A stretch of DNA of 64,000 bases from Thermoanaerobaculia bacterium (GTDB lineage: Bacteria; Acidobacteriota; Thermoanaerobaculia; UBA5066), in contig CAVRAY010000001.1 in assembly GCA_963719225.1 (NCBI GenBank), forward strand, positions 288,001-352,000, in the 5' to 3' direction. Shown here piece after piece: positions 1 through 8,433 of the stretch. A program made the position numbers and the translations under genes. Under the pieces are notes generated by a model. That model had not been told where the DNA came from and ran no database searches. It was given only the letters and a program-made list of their open reading frames with translations. How positions within the stretch are numbered: position 1 is the stretch's first letter; each line of letters begins with the position of its first letter.

Positions 1-529
1 TGACGTCGGCGAGCGCGGAATGGGCGCTCGTGTGCTCGCGTCCGGCGAAGAAGCGCACCGCCGCCGCGAGGTCGCGCGGCTCCTTCTTGAAGTAGATCGT
101 CTGCATGTCCACGATGCGCCGGTTCTCGATCGGGAACACGACGTTCGCGAGCTCGAATTCGCGCAGCAGCACGGGCACGTCGAAAGCGCGCACGTTGTAA
201 CCCGCGAGGTCGGCGCCGGCGAAGAACTCCAGGACGCGCCCCGCGATCTCGAAAAACGCCGGCGCCCCGGCCACGTCGGCGTCGGAGATGCCGTGGATGC
301 GCGTGGACTCGCGCGGGATTCTCACTCCCGGATTGACGCGGGACTCGAACGTGGCGACTTCGCCGGCCGGCCCGAATCTCAGAGCGGCAATCTCCACGAT
401 CCGGTCCGTCAGGCGGTCGGCGCCCGTCGTCTCGAGGTCGAAGACGACGAGAGGCGTGTCCCCGCAAAGAGAGGCGAGGGCCGCGAGTGTCTCGGGTGGA
501 AGTGCGGACGCGGTCACGCCCCGCATCAT
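1..529 (-). CDS. DEDDh 3'-5' exonuclease (DnaQ/Pol III epsilon-like); 3' end runs off the window
   Basis: Manual translation from ATG at 529 (ATGA overlap with the RluA stop): ..VVFDLETTG..IHGISD..LAGYNVRAFDVPVL..AHSALADV, i.e. Exo I/II/III motifs. Absent from the ORF track because it is truncated. Confidence 0.9.
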   Translation of the reverse strand, partial: MMRGVTASALPPETLAALASLCGDTPLVVFDLETTGADRLTDRIVEIAALRFGPAGEVATFESRVNPGVRIPRESTRIHGISDADVAGAPAFFEIAGRVLEFFAGADLAGYNVRAFDVPVLLREFELANVVFPIENRRIVDMQTIYFKKEPRDLAAAVRFFAGREHTSAHSALADV

Positions 530-1260
530 GGCCCAGGAAGGAAAGCCGCGGGGAGCGGCGCCGCCCAGGTCCAGGTCGTGCCGGACGGCATTCCGGGAGG
601 ATCGGCCCAGCGGAGCTCCGCCGCGTGCAGGAGCGGGGGAGATCCGCCGTCCGCGCGCCCCGGGTCGTACGCGGTGTCGCCGAGAAGGGGAGTTCCGAGG
701 GCGAGCAGATGAATCCGGAGTTGATGCATGCGGCCCGTCTCGGGCACCAGCTCGACGAGCGCCGTCTCGCCCCGATCCTCGAGCATGCGATAGCGCGTCG
801 CCGCCTGGCGGCCTGCGGGATGGGCCGCCGTCCGGCCGGGCGGGGGCAGCGGCGGGATCGCGAGAACGCGGCGGCCCGAGAGGAGGTGTCCCGCCCGCGA
901 AGGGCCGTAGGCCGCCACGATGGCGCGCTTCAGGAGGTCCGGCCGCGACGTGCGGTGTTCGAGGAGAGGGACGTCCACGCGGCCCGCAGGGGGATCGGGG
1001 ACTCCCCTCGTGACGGCGACGTAGGTCTTCGTGACGTTCGACGGCCAGGCCGCGTGTGCGGCGCGGAGGGCGTCCGCGTTCCGTGCGAGGAGGAGGACGC
1101 CCGACGTCTCCTTGTCGAGCCGGTGGACGAGCGCCAGCCCCTCGCCGAAACGCGCGCGAAGCTCACCGAGGAGGCCGCCCGGGCCGTGGACCGCGATTCC
1201 GGGCCGCTTGTCGATCGCGAGATAGGCCTCGGCCCCGGTCGGGGACGAGAGGATCCTCAC
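526..1260 (-). CDS. RluA-family pseudouridine synthase
   Basis: KRPGIAVH, HRLDKETSG (catalytic Asp), TGRMHQLRIH, GDTAY and LHA motifs. Confidence 0.93.
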   Translation of the reverse strand: MRILSSPTGAEAYLAIDKRPGIAVHGPGGLLGELRARFGEGLALVHRLDKETSGVLLLARNADALRAAHAAWPSNVTKTYVAVTRGVPDPPAGRVDVPLLEHRTSRPDLLKRAIVAAYGPSRAGHLLSGRRVLAIPPLPPPGRTAAHPAGRQAATRYRMLEDRGETALVELVPETGRMHQLRIHLLALGTPLLGDTAYDPGRADGGSPPLLHAAELRWADPPGMPSGTTWTWAAPLPAAFLPGP

Positions 1261-1499
1261 GCGTCCTTGCGGAAACGCAGCGCCGAAAGGATGACGGCGA
1301 GGCTGCCCACGATGTTCGCCGCCATGCCGATCACGATGGGCATCTGGCGGAAGCGGATCCCGTAGAGGAGGTAGATCACCTGCCCGCCGAGAAACAGCCC
1401 GTACGTGAGGACGGAGACGTCCTCGGAGCTCCTCCGTCTCCAGATGCGGGCCGCCTGCGGCACGTACGCGGCTCCCGTGGCGATCCCCACGACGGACAC
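1257..1499 (-). CDS. SemiSWEET/PQ-loop family small transporter
   Basis: YVPQ motif, S-x-DVS loop, three hydrophobic helices, final AN motif; start uncertain. Confidence 0.8.
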   Translation of the reverse strand: MSVVGIATGAAYVPQAARIWRRRSSEDVSVLTYGLFLGGQVIYLLYGIRFRQMPIVIGMAANIVGSLAVILSALRFRKDA

Positions 1500-1545
1500 A
1501 GCCCAGGCAAGGAAGGAGTCGAAAGCTCCCGGGCTCTCGATGGCT

Positions 1546-2268
1546 CTACCTGCGGTTTCCGAAGAGCCTGAGCATCATCAGGAAAAGGTTGATGAAGTCG
1601 AGATAGAGGGCGAGCGCGCCGGAAATCGCTCCGCGCCGGCCCGCTTCGGAGCCGCCGTCCACCTCGGCCGCCATCATCTTGAGCCTGCGCGTGTCGTAGG
1701 CCGTGAGGCCGACGAAGACGATGACGCCGACACAGCTCACGACGAAGCCGAGCATGTCGGACCTGAGGAAGATGTTCACGACGGACGCGATGATCACGCC
1801 GATGAGCCCCATGAAGGCGAAGGAGCCGAGGCCGTCGAGGGTCCGGTGCGTCGTGAGGCCGTAGACGCTCATGGCCGCGAACGTGCCCGCCGCGACGAGG
1901 AACGTCGAGGCGATGGAGCCCGTCGTGAACGCGAAGAAGATGACCGAGAGCGTGACGCCGTTCAGGGCGGAGTAGAGGAGAAAAACGGCCGAAGCCGCGA
2001 CGGACGAGAGCTTCCCGACGAGGCCGGACAGCCAGACGACGAGTCCGAGCTCGGCGAACAAGAGCCCGTAGAACACGAGCTTGTTCCCGAAGACGGCGCG
2101 GAGGACGGTCTCGTTCGAAACGGTGAAGAGGGCGGCGCCGGCCGTGACGAGAAGGCCCGTCGCCATCCAGCCGTAGACGCGGGCGAGGAAGCCCGACACC
2201 ACGAGTGATCCGGACGGGCTGATCGGGCGCGGCGAATCGAACGGTCGCGGCGGAAGCTCGGTGGGCAT
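1546..2268 (-). CDS. Bax inhibitor-1/YccA family membrane protein
   Basis: About 7 TM segments; LTAYDT and ALALYLDFINLF motifs. Confidence 0.95.
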   Translation of the reverse strand: MPTELPPRPFDSPRPISPSGSLVVSGFLARVYGWMATGLLVTAGAALFTVSNETVLRAVFGNKLVFYGLLFAELGLVVWLSGLVGKLSSVAASAVFLLYSALNGVTLSVIFFAFTTGSIASTFLVAAGTFAAMSVYGLTTHRTLDGLGSFAFMGLIGVIIASVVNIFLRSDMLGFVVSCVGVIVFVGLTAYDTRRLKMMAAEVDGGSEAGRRGAISGALALYLDFINLFLMMLRLFGNRR

Positions 2269-2324
2269 TTAGGGATCTCCTCTCGAACCTCCATCCTAAC
2301 GCGCCGGGGCTAAGATTCATTCCC

Positions 2325-2780
2325 ATGAAACGAATCGCACCCTCTCTCCTGCTCCTCCTGCCGCTCTGTCTTCTCGGCGCCGCCGGGAAGGCCGGCAAGT
2401 TCGGCGCGCCGCTCGGCGACGCGCCGAAGGTCGCGCTCGCCGACCTCGTGAAGGATCCCGCGATCTGGTCCGGCAAGACCGTGAAGACCGAAGGGGTCGT
2501 CTCGGCCGTCTGCCAGGGTTCGGGCTGCTGGATGACCTTGAAGTCGGGCGACACGTCCGTTCGCATCACGTTCAAGAGCTACGGCTTCTTCGTCCCGATC
2601 GATTCCGCCGGCGCCACCGCGGTCATGGAAGGAGTCTTCAGCGTGAAGACGATCCCCGAGGCGACCGCAAAGCACTACGCCGGAGAGACTCCAGGCGGCA
2701 AGCCCGACGCCATCAAAGGCGACCAGAAGGAGCTGAGCTTCGTCGCGTCCGGGGTCGAGCTCGCGCGGCCGAGGCGGTAG
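2325..2780 (+). CDS. DUF4920-type exported protein (OB-fold-like)
   Basis: Signal peptide; VCQxxGCWM and FKxYGFFVP motifs. Confidence 0.85.
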   Translation: MKRIAPSLLLLLPLCLLGAAGKAGKFGAPLGDAPKVALADLVKDPAIWSGKTVKTEGVVSAVCQGSGCWMTLKSGDTSVRITFKSYGFFVPIDSAGATAVMEGVFSVKTIPEATAKHYAGETPGGKPDAIKGDQKELSFVASGVELARPRR

Positions 2781-2902
2781 ACTTTGAGCAGAGAAGTCTT
2801 CCTCGAAAAAGCTTCTAATTGCAGAAACCAAAAAGCTTCTACCTGCAGAAGCTTCAACCGCCAAGCCGGGAGGAAGTTTCTGCTAATAGAAACCTCCTCC
2901 GA

Positions 2903-2921
2903 GGCCTAATACTAGTTAGAC
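2903..2921 (+). mobile_element. Integron attI-like recombination site
   Basis: GGCCTAATACTAGTTAGAC resembles the attI simple site (CCTAA..GTTRRRY). The core GTTAGAC (2915-2921) is the exact complement of the downstream attC R'' GTCTAAC. Confidence 0.6.
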
Positions 2922-2995
2922 GACCGAATGGGAGGGAAGAACCGCGGCATAGCGTCCGTCGTCTTCCGCCACCAGAGTTCTCGAGGTACTCAATC

Positions 2996-3367
2996 ATGGA
3001 CATGTCTATGATGGCGGTTGACGTCGACGGCACGCTTGGGAGCCCTCTTATCCTCGTACTGGTTCTCCTTTACGCAACGGGTTTGGCTGCCTTAACCGCA
3101 ACGTTCGTCTTGCTGTGGTTGCGGGGCGGAAGCAGTCGCCTCATGGCCGCGGTCATGGCGTTGTTATTTGTCCTGGCGTGCGTGTTCAACGTCGCAGCGG
3201 TTCGCGCCATCGCTGCGGCAATCATCGCGTTCCCGACGCGTGAGGGAGTACACGTAGGCGTGGGCTTTTTCGGAAGCCACCCCTCGTGGCTGGCTCCGGC
3301 GCTCGGTATTGCAGCAGGCCTGCTCGTGTCGGCTCGTATCCGCCGAGTCAGGGCGGCGGTCGTCTAA
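2996..3367 (+). CDS. Integron cassette 1 ORF, hypothetical membrane protein (about 3 TM)
   Basis: Lower GC than its flanks; ATG at 2996; the stop TAA (3365-3367) lies inside the attC R'' box GTCTAAC, as is typical of cassettes. Confidence 0.7.
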   Translation: MDMSMMAVDVDGTLGSPLILVLVLLYATGLAALTATFVLLWLRGGSSRLMAAVMALLFVLACVFNVAAVRAIAAAIIAFPTREGVHVGVGFFGSHPSWLAPALGIAAGLLVSARIRRVRAAVV

Positions 3368-3421
3368 CAACGCGCTGCAGCGGACTCGCTACGCTCGCCG
3401 CTGAGCTTGATATCGTTAGGC
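3362..3421 (+). mobile_element. Integron attC site (59-base element), 60 bp
   Basis: R'' GTCTAAC, 5-bp spacer, L'' GCTGCAGC ... L' GCTGAGC (L'' has the extra unpaired G), R' GTTAGGC; inner arms CAGCGG/CCGCTG. Confidence 0.9.
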
Positions 3422-3460
3422 AGCAAACACCTTGCGTGTTGCCAAAGAGGGAGGGTCGCC

Positions 3461-3940
3461 ATGAGCCTGAAGTCGGGAGCGTTGTTGCTGGTGCTTTGTT
3501 TACTGCGGGCAACGGAAGTCGTCGGTCAGGAAGCCGTCACCGCACTTGACCGTACTCTCTCGAAGACCCACATGCGACAACACATCACTTCCGTCGCGAT
3601 CGCCGACGCGCCAGTGCAAGCATTCGCTCCGACGACGATTCAGTGCGGAAAGCAGAGTTGCACGGTGAGGGTTGAGGTCTCCAGCCAGTTTTTCAACGTC
3701 ACTTCCGGAAACGCCGTTAGACTGCATGTCAAAGCGGATGGCGCCCCCTTCCCAGTCACAGGATTTGAAATCGATGGCGGAATCAACAGACCGGTGGCGC
3801 ATCTCACCACGGTGTCATCACTGAAGAGCGATCTCAGTCCTGGACCACACACCATTTCGGTGGACTTCGACATGCGATCGCCGGGTGGCAAAGCGGAGGC
3901 ATCCATTCGTACATTGACCATTCAAGTGTTTACTCCTTGA
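3461..3940 (+). CDS. Integron cassette 2 ORF, hypothetical secreted beta-rich protein
   Basis: RBS GGAGGG before ATG 3461; signal peptide; lower GC; flanked by the attC1 R' box and a second R'' box. Confidence 0.75.
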   Translation: MSLKSGALLLVLCLLRATEVVGQEAVTALDRTLSKTHMRQHITSVAIADAPVQAFAPTTIQCGKQSCTVRVEVSSQFFNVTSGNAVRLHVKADGAPFPVTGFEIDGGINRPVAHLTTVSSLKSDLSPGPHTISVDFDMRSPGGKAEASIRTLTIQVFTP

Positions 3941-3962
3941 ATAATTTAGAAATCGCAGTGCT

Positions 3963-3989
3963 GTCTAACAACGCGGAGCGGCGGACTCG
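3963..3989 (+). mobile_element. Degenerate attC (left half only)
   Basis: GTCTAACAACGCGGAGCGGCGGACTCG matches the first 27 nt of attC1 at 24 of 27 positions; no L'/GTTRRRY partner found. Confidence 0.7.
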
Positions 3990-4089
3990 GCAGTGGCTAC
4001 CCCGAGCAAGGTGGTGGCAGGTTGCCCTCGCAGTGCCCCCGGGGGCAAGGCGCAAGAGAAGCTGAAGGACGCGGCCCCTTCGCTCACGC

Positions 4090-4722
4090 ATGAATAGAAG
4101 GACCATCCTCGTCACCGCTGCGGTCGTCCTCGTCCTCCTGCTGGGGATGTCGGGGCTTCGCCCGCATGACCGGCTCACGTGGGTGCTCGAGGTGTTCCCG
4201 ATCGTGATCGTGCTTCCGGTCCTCTTCCTCACCTATCGCCGCTTTCCGCTGACGACGCTGCTCTATGCGCTGATCTTCGTCCATGCCGTCGTCCTCATGA
4301 TCGGCGGTCATCACACGTACGCCCGCGTCCCTTTCGGTTTCGCCCTCGCCAGGGCTTTCGGCCTGCACCGGAATCCCTACGACAAGATCGGTCATTTCTT
4401 TCAGGGCTTCGTGCCCGCGATCGCGATCCGGGAAGTTCTCGTTCGCGGCCGCTACGTCCGAACGCGCGGCATGCTCGCGTTCGTCGTGATCTCGATCGTC
4501 CTCGCCATCAGCGCCGCGTACGAGCTTTTCGAGTGGGCGTCGGCGGTCGCGCTCGGCCAGGGCGCAGAGGACTTCCTCGGCACGCAGGGCGATCCCTGGG
4601 ACACGCAGTCCGACATGTTGATGGCCCTCGTCGGCGGGGGCGTCGCCCTGCTCGGCCTCGGACGAACTCACGACCGGCAAATCAGCGCCCTTCAGGAGAG
4701 CGATCACCTGCAATTTCGATGA
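4090..4722 (+). CDS. DUF2238/YjdF family inner membrane protein
   Basis: GGHHTYARVP, RNPYDKIGHF, FLGTQGDPWDTQSDM. Confidence 0.92.
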   Translation: MNRRTILVTAAVVLVLLLGMSGLRPHDRLTWVLEVFPIVIVLPVLFLTYRRFPLTTLLYALIFVHAVVLMIGGHHTYARVPFGFALARAFGLHRNPYDKIGHFFQGFVPAIAIREVLVRGRYVRTRGMLAFVVISIVLAISAAYELFEWASAVALGQGAEDFLGTQGDPWDTQSDMLMALVGGGVALLGLGRTHDRQISALQESDHLQFR

Positions 4723-4757
4723 TGACGTAGACCTGGTCGTCACGCGGCCACGCGCGT

Positions 4758-5447
4758 TCAGGGCGCCCCGCAGCGCCGCATCCTCTCGTTCTCCAGCCGG
4801 AAGATCCCGCGGATCGTCTCGCCGTCCGACGGCCCCTCGGCGAGCGTCTCGGGATTCCACTGGCTCCGGGCCGAGTCGAAGAAGTCGCCGCCATAGATGT
4901 GGATGCCGCCCGTGAAACGCGCGAGCGGATTCGTGACGGAGTGGATCGCGTCCCTGGCGAGCACGACGGTGTCGCCGGCGAAGAGGGCCTTGGCGCCGAA
5001 CGCCTCGATCCGTTCCGGGGTCCGTCTCCAGAGGATGTTGTCCTCGCGTCCCGCGTAGATGCCGATCGCCGCCCACATCCGGTGGTTGTGCGGCATCAGG
5101 TTCATGTTGGGCGTCCACGTCGCGCTGAAGATCGTGAGAGACTTCGATCGCTGCAGGACGCGGATTGCCGCTTCCCTCGGTTCCCCCAGGGCGGTTCGCA
5201 TGGCGGCGGGGCTCTCGACCGCCTTCGCGAGCACCTCGAGGACGGCCGCCTGCGGCTCGGGTTCCCGGCTCGCGGCCACGCAGTCCGCGACGAAACGGTC
5301 GAGGTCCATAGCGGCCGCTCTCGACGGCCGGGATGGAGCTTCGCTTCGCGCATTCCAGGCGGACATGAGGAGAGAGGGTGCGCCTGCGGCGGCGAGGAGA
5401 AAGTCCCGACGCGAATTTCCGACGCGATCTTTCGGAGTCTGGGCCAT
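4758..5447 (-). CDS. Metal-dependent double-stranded beta-helix (cupin, cysteine-dioxygenase-like) enzyme with Tat-like leader
   Basis: PHNH..W, IHSVTNP, IHIYGGDF motifs; SRRDFL twin-arginine leader; GGAGG RBS. Confidence 0.8.
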   Translation of the reverse strand: MAQTPKDRVGNSRRDFLLAAAGAPSLLMSAWNARSEAPSRPSRAAAMDLDRFVADCVAASREPEPQAAVLEVLAKAVESPAAMRTALGEPREAAIRVLQRSKSLTIFSATWTPNMNLMPHNHRMWAAIGIYAGREDNILWRRTPERIEAFGAKALFAGDTVVLARDAIHSVTNPLARFTGGIHIYGGDFFDSARSQWNPETLAEGPSDGETIRGIFRLENERMRRCGAP

Positions 5448-5511
5448 CGTTTCCTCCCTGAAACCGGAGTTGCCGGCGGGACAAAGTTAGGCCGGCGGAT
5501 GCGCGCGCGGA

Positions 5512-5550
5512 AGTGCGAAGATCGGACCAAGGCGGTCCGAATTTCGGACT
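5512..5550. promoter_or_regulatory. Tandem 17-bp pseudo-palindromes, candidate operator of the adjacent HxlR-type regulator
   Basis: AGTGCGAAGATCGGACC (5512-5528) and GGTCCGAATTTCGGACT (5534-5550) in a divergent intergenic region. Confidence 0.5.
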
Positions 5551-5583
5551 GGCTCGACTTCGTGCGACGCGGGAGGATGCCGC

Positions 5584-6303
5584 ATGGCCAGATACAGGCA
5601 GTACTGTCCCGTCGCGCGCTCCTCCGAGATCCTCGCGGATCGCTGGACGCCCTTGATCGTGAGGGAGCTGCTCGCGGGCAGCCGCCATTTCAACGAAATC
5701 GAGCGGGGACTTCCCGGGATCTCCCGATCTCTCCTCGTTGCGCGTCTTCGGCATCTGGAGAAGAACGGCGTCGTCGAGCGTCGCGTGAGCCGGGAGCCGG
5801 CTACCGTCGAATACCTGCTGACGGAAGCCGGAAGCGATCTCCGGCAGGTGGTCGAGCAGTTGGGCGCCTGGGGTGTCCGATGGGCCTTCGGCGAGCCGAG
5901 AGCGGACGAGCTGGACCCGGTGCTTCTGCTCTGGAAGGTCCACCAGCGGATCAACCGGGAGGCCTTGCCCGCGAGACGCACGGTCCTCGAGTTCGATTTC
6001 ACCGGCCGGAACGGGCGGCGGCTGTGGCTCGTGCTCGAGCCGCACGAAGTCTCGATGTGCCTGAAGCCGCCGGGCTTCGATCCGGACCTCCGCGTGCGCG
6101 CGGATCTGAGGTACTTCTACAGCGTCTGGCTGGGCTCCATCGATTACGACGACGCCCTGCGCTGCGGCGGCATCGCGGTCCAAGGCCCACCGGCCCTGGC
6201 ACACGCCCTTCCGCGGTGGTTTCTCTGGAGCCCGATGGCGAAGTTCGTGCGCGCGCTCGGGCCGGAGGCTCGTGGAAATCGCCGTGCGTCGGCTAGAACT
6301 TGA
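5584..6303 (+). CDS. HxlR-family winged-helix regulator with C-terminal SCP2-like domain
   Basis: YRQYCPVA..DRWTPLIVREL..FNEIERGLPGIS. Confidence 0.9.
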   Translation: MARYRQYCPVARSSEILADRWTPLIVRELLAGSRHFNEIERGLPGISRSLLVARLRHLEKNGVVERRVSREPATVEYLLTEAGSDLRQVVEQLGAWGVRWAFGEPRADELDPVLLLWKVHQRINREALPARRTVLEFDFTGRNGRRLWLVLEPHEVSMCLKPPGFDPDLRVRADLRYFYSVWLGSIDYDDALRCGGIAVQGPPALAHALPRWFLWSPMAKFVRALGPEARGNRRASART

Positions 6304-8407
6304 ACGTGAGCTCCCCGAGAAACCTCCGAGGCGGCGCGACGTAGAGCTGGCCGTCGCCGATCTCGCTGTCGCTGACGTAATGCCGATCGTCGCCGAGGTT
6401 GCGGCCGACGAGAGAGACGCGTCCCCACGAGAATTCCCACGACGCCCCGGCGTCCCATTCGTAATAGGAATCCGCGAAGAAGGTGTTCCGCCGCGTGAGA
6501 GTGCGAATACCCTGATGGCGCACCGCCCCCCAGATGCCGAGGCCGGTCTTCGGCGCGTATGCGAGGCGGGCGTTCCAGAGGTCGCGCGGGACGAGCTCGA
6601 GCCTTTTCCCGTCCACGACGCGCAGCTCGCCGTCGGGCGTGAGGAAAGAGAAGGTCACGTACGTCGCGTCGTGGTGGGCATACCCGGCGGCCAGCGACCA
6701 GCCTTCGAGCTTCGGCAGCGCCCACACGAGCTCGGCGTCCATGCCCTGGAATCGCTCTTCACCCGCGTTCGTGAGCTCGGGCTGCCCGAGAGGACCCGCG
6801 GTCGAGACGACGAGGTTCTCGAATTCCATGTGGAAGAACGTGACGTCGAGAGACAGCTTGCCGCCGGCCCAGCGCGACTTGAGCCCGAGCTCGCCGGATC
6901 GCGTGCGCTCCGGCTCCAGAATCCGCGCGCTCTCGGCCTCGAGGATGTTCGGAGCCGCGGGCTTGAAGTTGCTCTTGGCCGAGACATAGACGTTGAGCGC
7001 GTTCAGGAAGGAAGCCCTTGGCTTGTCGACGAGGCGCACCAGAGCCGAGACGCCGCCCGACCATTTCCCGTCCGTCCGGCTGTCCTCGACGACGTCCGGA
7101 GCGGGGGCGTCGGCCTCCTTCCCGGAAGCCGACAGCGTCTCGGAAGCCCGGTCGTACCGGGCGCCGAAGGTGAGCGTGAGAAACCTCCACGGCGTCCACT
7201 CGTCGTTCGCATAGAAACCCAAGAAAGTCCGGCGGTCCTCCGCCGCGCGGTTGTCGCCCACGGGGACGTCGTCGAGTGTCGGAACGTCGGGATTCGGGCC
7301 GGTCGTCAGCGTGAAGTCGAAGCCCGTGCCGGAGACGGTCGTCCGGCCCCACGTGAGCGCCGTACCCACGACGAGGCGGTGGGCGCCGAGCGTCGCCACG
7401 AGCCGCAGGTCGTCGAAGACGCTCGTCTCGACCGGACGGAGCGACGTGCCATCGGCGGTAGCCGTGCTTCCGTCGACGCCGTCGATGAAGGAGCGCACGG
7501 CAATCTGCTCGTCGCGCGTGAGGCCGAGCGTGTTGTCGATGCGGACGGTCTTCGAGAGCTCCTGCGACAGGGTGGAGGCGAGGGAGTACACGCGGTGGTC
7601 CATCCGCGCGCCGCCGACGGCGTAGTTCCGGTCGATCTCGAAACCGGGCACGGGCTTTCCCGCGTCGACGGGGAGCGGCGATCCGAAATACGACGTGTCG
7701 CGGACGACGCCGAGCGTGACGTCCACGGAGCCTTCCTTCGTGCGCCGCGTGAAGCCGAGGGAAAGCCGGTCGACGGAGGCGTCCGTGCCGTCCTGCCAGC
7801 CCTTGTTTCGCGCCATCGAGCCGAAGAGGCGGATCGTTTGTTCGCCCTGGGTCGCCGTGTAGGACAGGTTGCCGTGCTTGTCGGTGAAAGAGCCGCCGCC
7901 AAGGGTGAGCGCGCCTCCCGCCTCTTTCGAGCGGCGCGTGAAGACCTGGATCATTCCCGCGAAAGCGGAGACGCCGTAGAGCGTCCCCTGCGGGCCCTTG
8001 ACGATCTCGATGCGTTCGACGTCCTCGACGGGAATCTGCGCGAGGGAGGGATTGAAGGGGCCTCCCGCGGGGACTCCGTCCACCGTGACGAGGAGGGCGT
8101 CGAATTCCTTCAGGCCCCACACTCCGATGTTCGCGAGCCGGCTGCCGTTGTCGGACCCGTTGCCGGTATCGAGCCCCGCGACGTCCTGAAGAGCCTCGGC
8201 GATCGTCCGCGCACCGTGCCGCCGCAGCTCGTCGCCCGAGATCACGGTGACGGGCGCCGCGACGTCGAGCGCGTCCTCTTCGGACTTCGTCGCCGAAACC
8301 ACCATCGTCGACGTCGCGCCGATCTGGGCGGGAGCCTGGGCGAGAAGCGACGTCTCGAGCGCGAGCAGGGAACAGGCGAGCGGGAGTGCGGCGCGCGAGA
8401 ACTTCAT
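6293..8407 (-). CDS. TonB-dependent receptor
   Basis: Signal peptide; TonB-box-like MVVSAT; plug motif ERIEIVKGPQGTLYG; C-terminal NLGD..Y..PPRRF..F. Confidence 0.93.
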   Translation of the reverse strand: MKFSRAALPLACSLLALETSLLAQAPAQIGATSTMVVSATKSEEDALDVAAPVTVISGDELRRHGARTIAEALQDVAGLDTGNGSDNGSRLANIGVWGLKEFDALLVTVDGVPAGGPFNPSLAQIPVEDVERIEIVKGPQGTLYGVSAFAGMIQVFTRRSKEAGGALTLGGGSFTDKHGNLSYTATQGEQTIRLFGSMARNKGWQDGTDASVDRLSLGFTRRTKEGSVDVTLGVVRDTSYFGSPLPVDAGKPVPGFEIDRNYAVGGARMDHRVYSLASTLSQELSKTVRIDNTLGLTRDEQIAVRSFIDGVDGSTATADGTSLRPVETSVFDDLRLVATLGAHRLVVGTALTWGRTTVSGTGFDFTLTTGPNPDVPTLDDVPVGDNRAAEDRRTFLGFYANDEWTPWRFLTLTFGARYDRASETLSASGKEADAPAPDVVEDSRTDGKWSGGVSALVRLVDKPRASFLNALNVYVSAKSNFKPAAPNILEAESARILEPERTRSGELGLKSRWAGGKLSLDVTFFHMEFENLVVSTAGPLGQPELTNAGEERFQGMDAELVWALPKLEGWSLAAGYAHHDATYVTFSFLTPDGELRVVDGKRLELVPRDLWNARLAYAPKTGLGIWGAVRHQGIRTLTRRNTFFADSYYEWDAGASWEFSWGRVSLVGRNLGDDRHYVSDSEIGDGQLYVAPPRRFLGELTFKF

Positions 8408-8433
8408 GGATTCATGTTAACTAAACTACCGAC
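8408..8433. promoter_or_regulatory. Back-to-back -10 elements for two divergent, apparently leaderless genes
   Basis: TAAACT (8422-8427, +) is 6 nt before ATG 8434; TAACAT (8419-8414, -) is 6 nt before ATG 8407; no SD sequence. Confidence 0.6.

Noticed and set aside
2806-2850. 21-bp direct repeats as a mini-CRISPR
   Set aside because: Only two copies separated by 3 bp, with no spacer.
5481-5492. ACAAAGTTAGGC, identical to the attI1 core end
   Set aside because: No cassette or attC follows. On the minus strand it reads TAACTT, a plausible -10 for the cupin gene, so it is probably chance.
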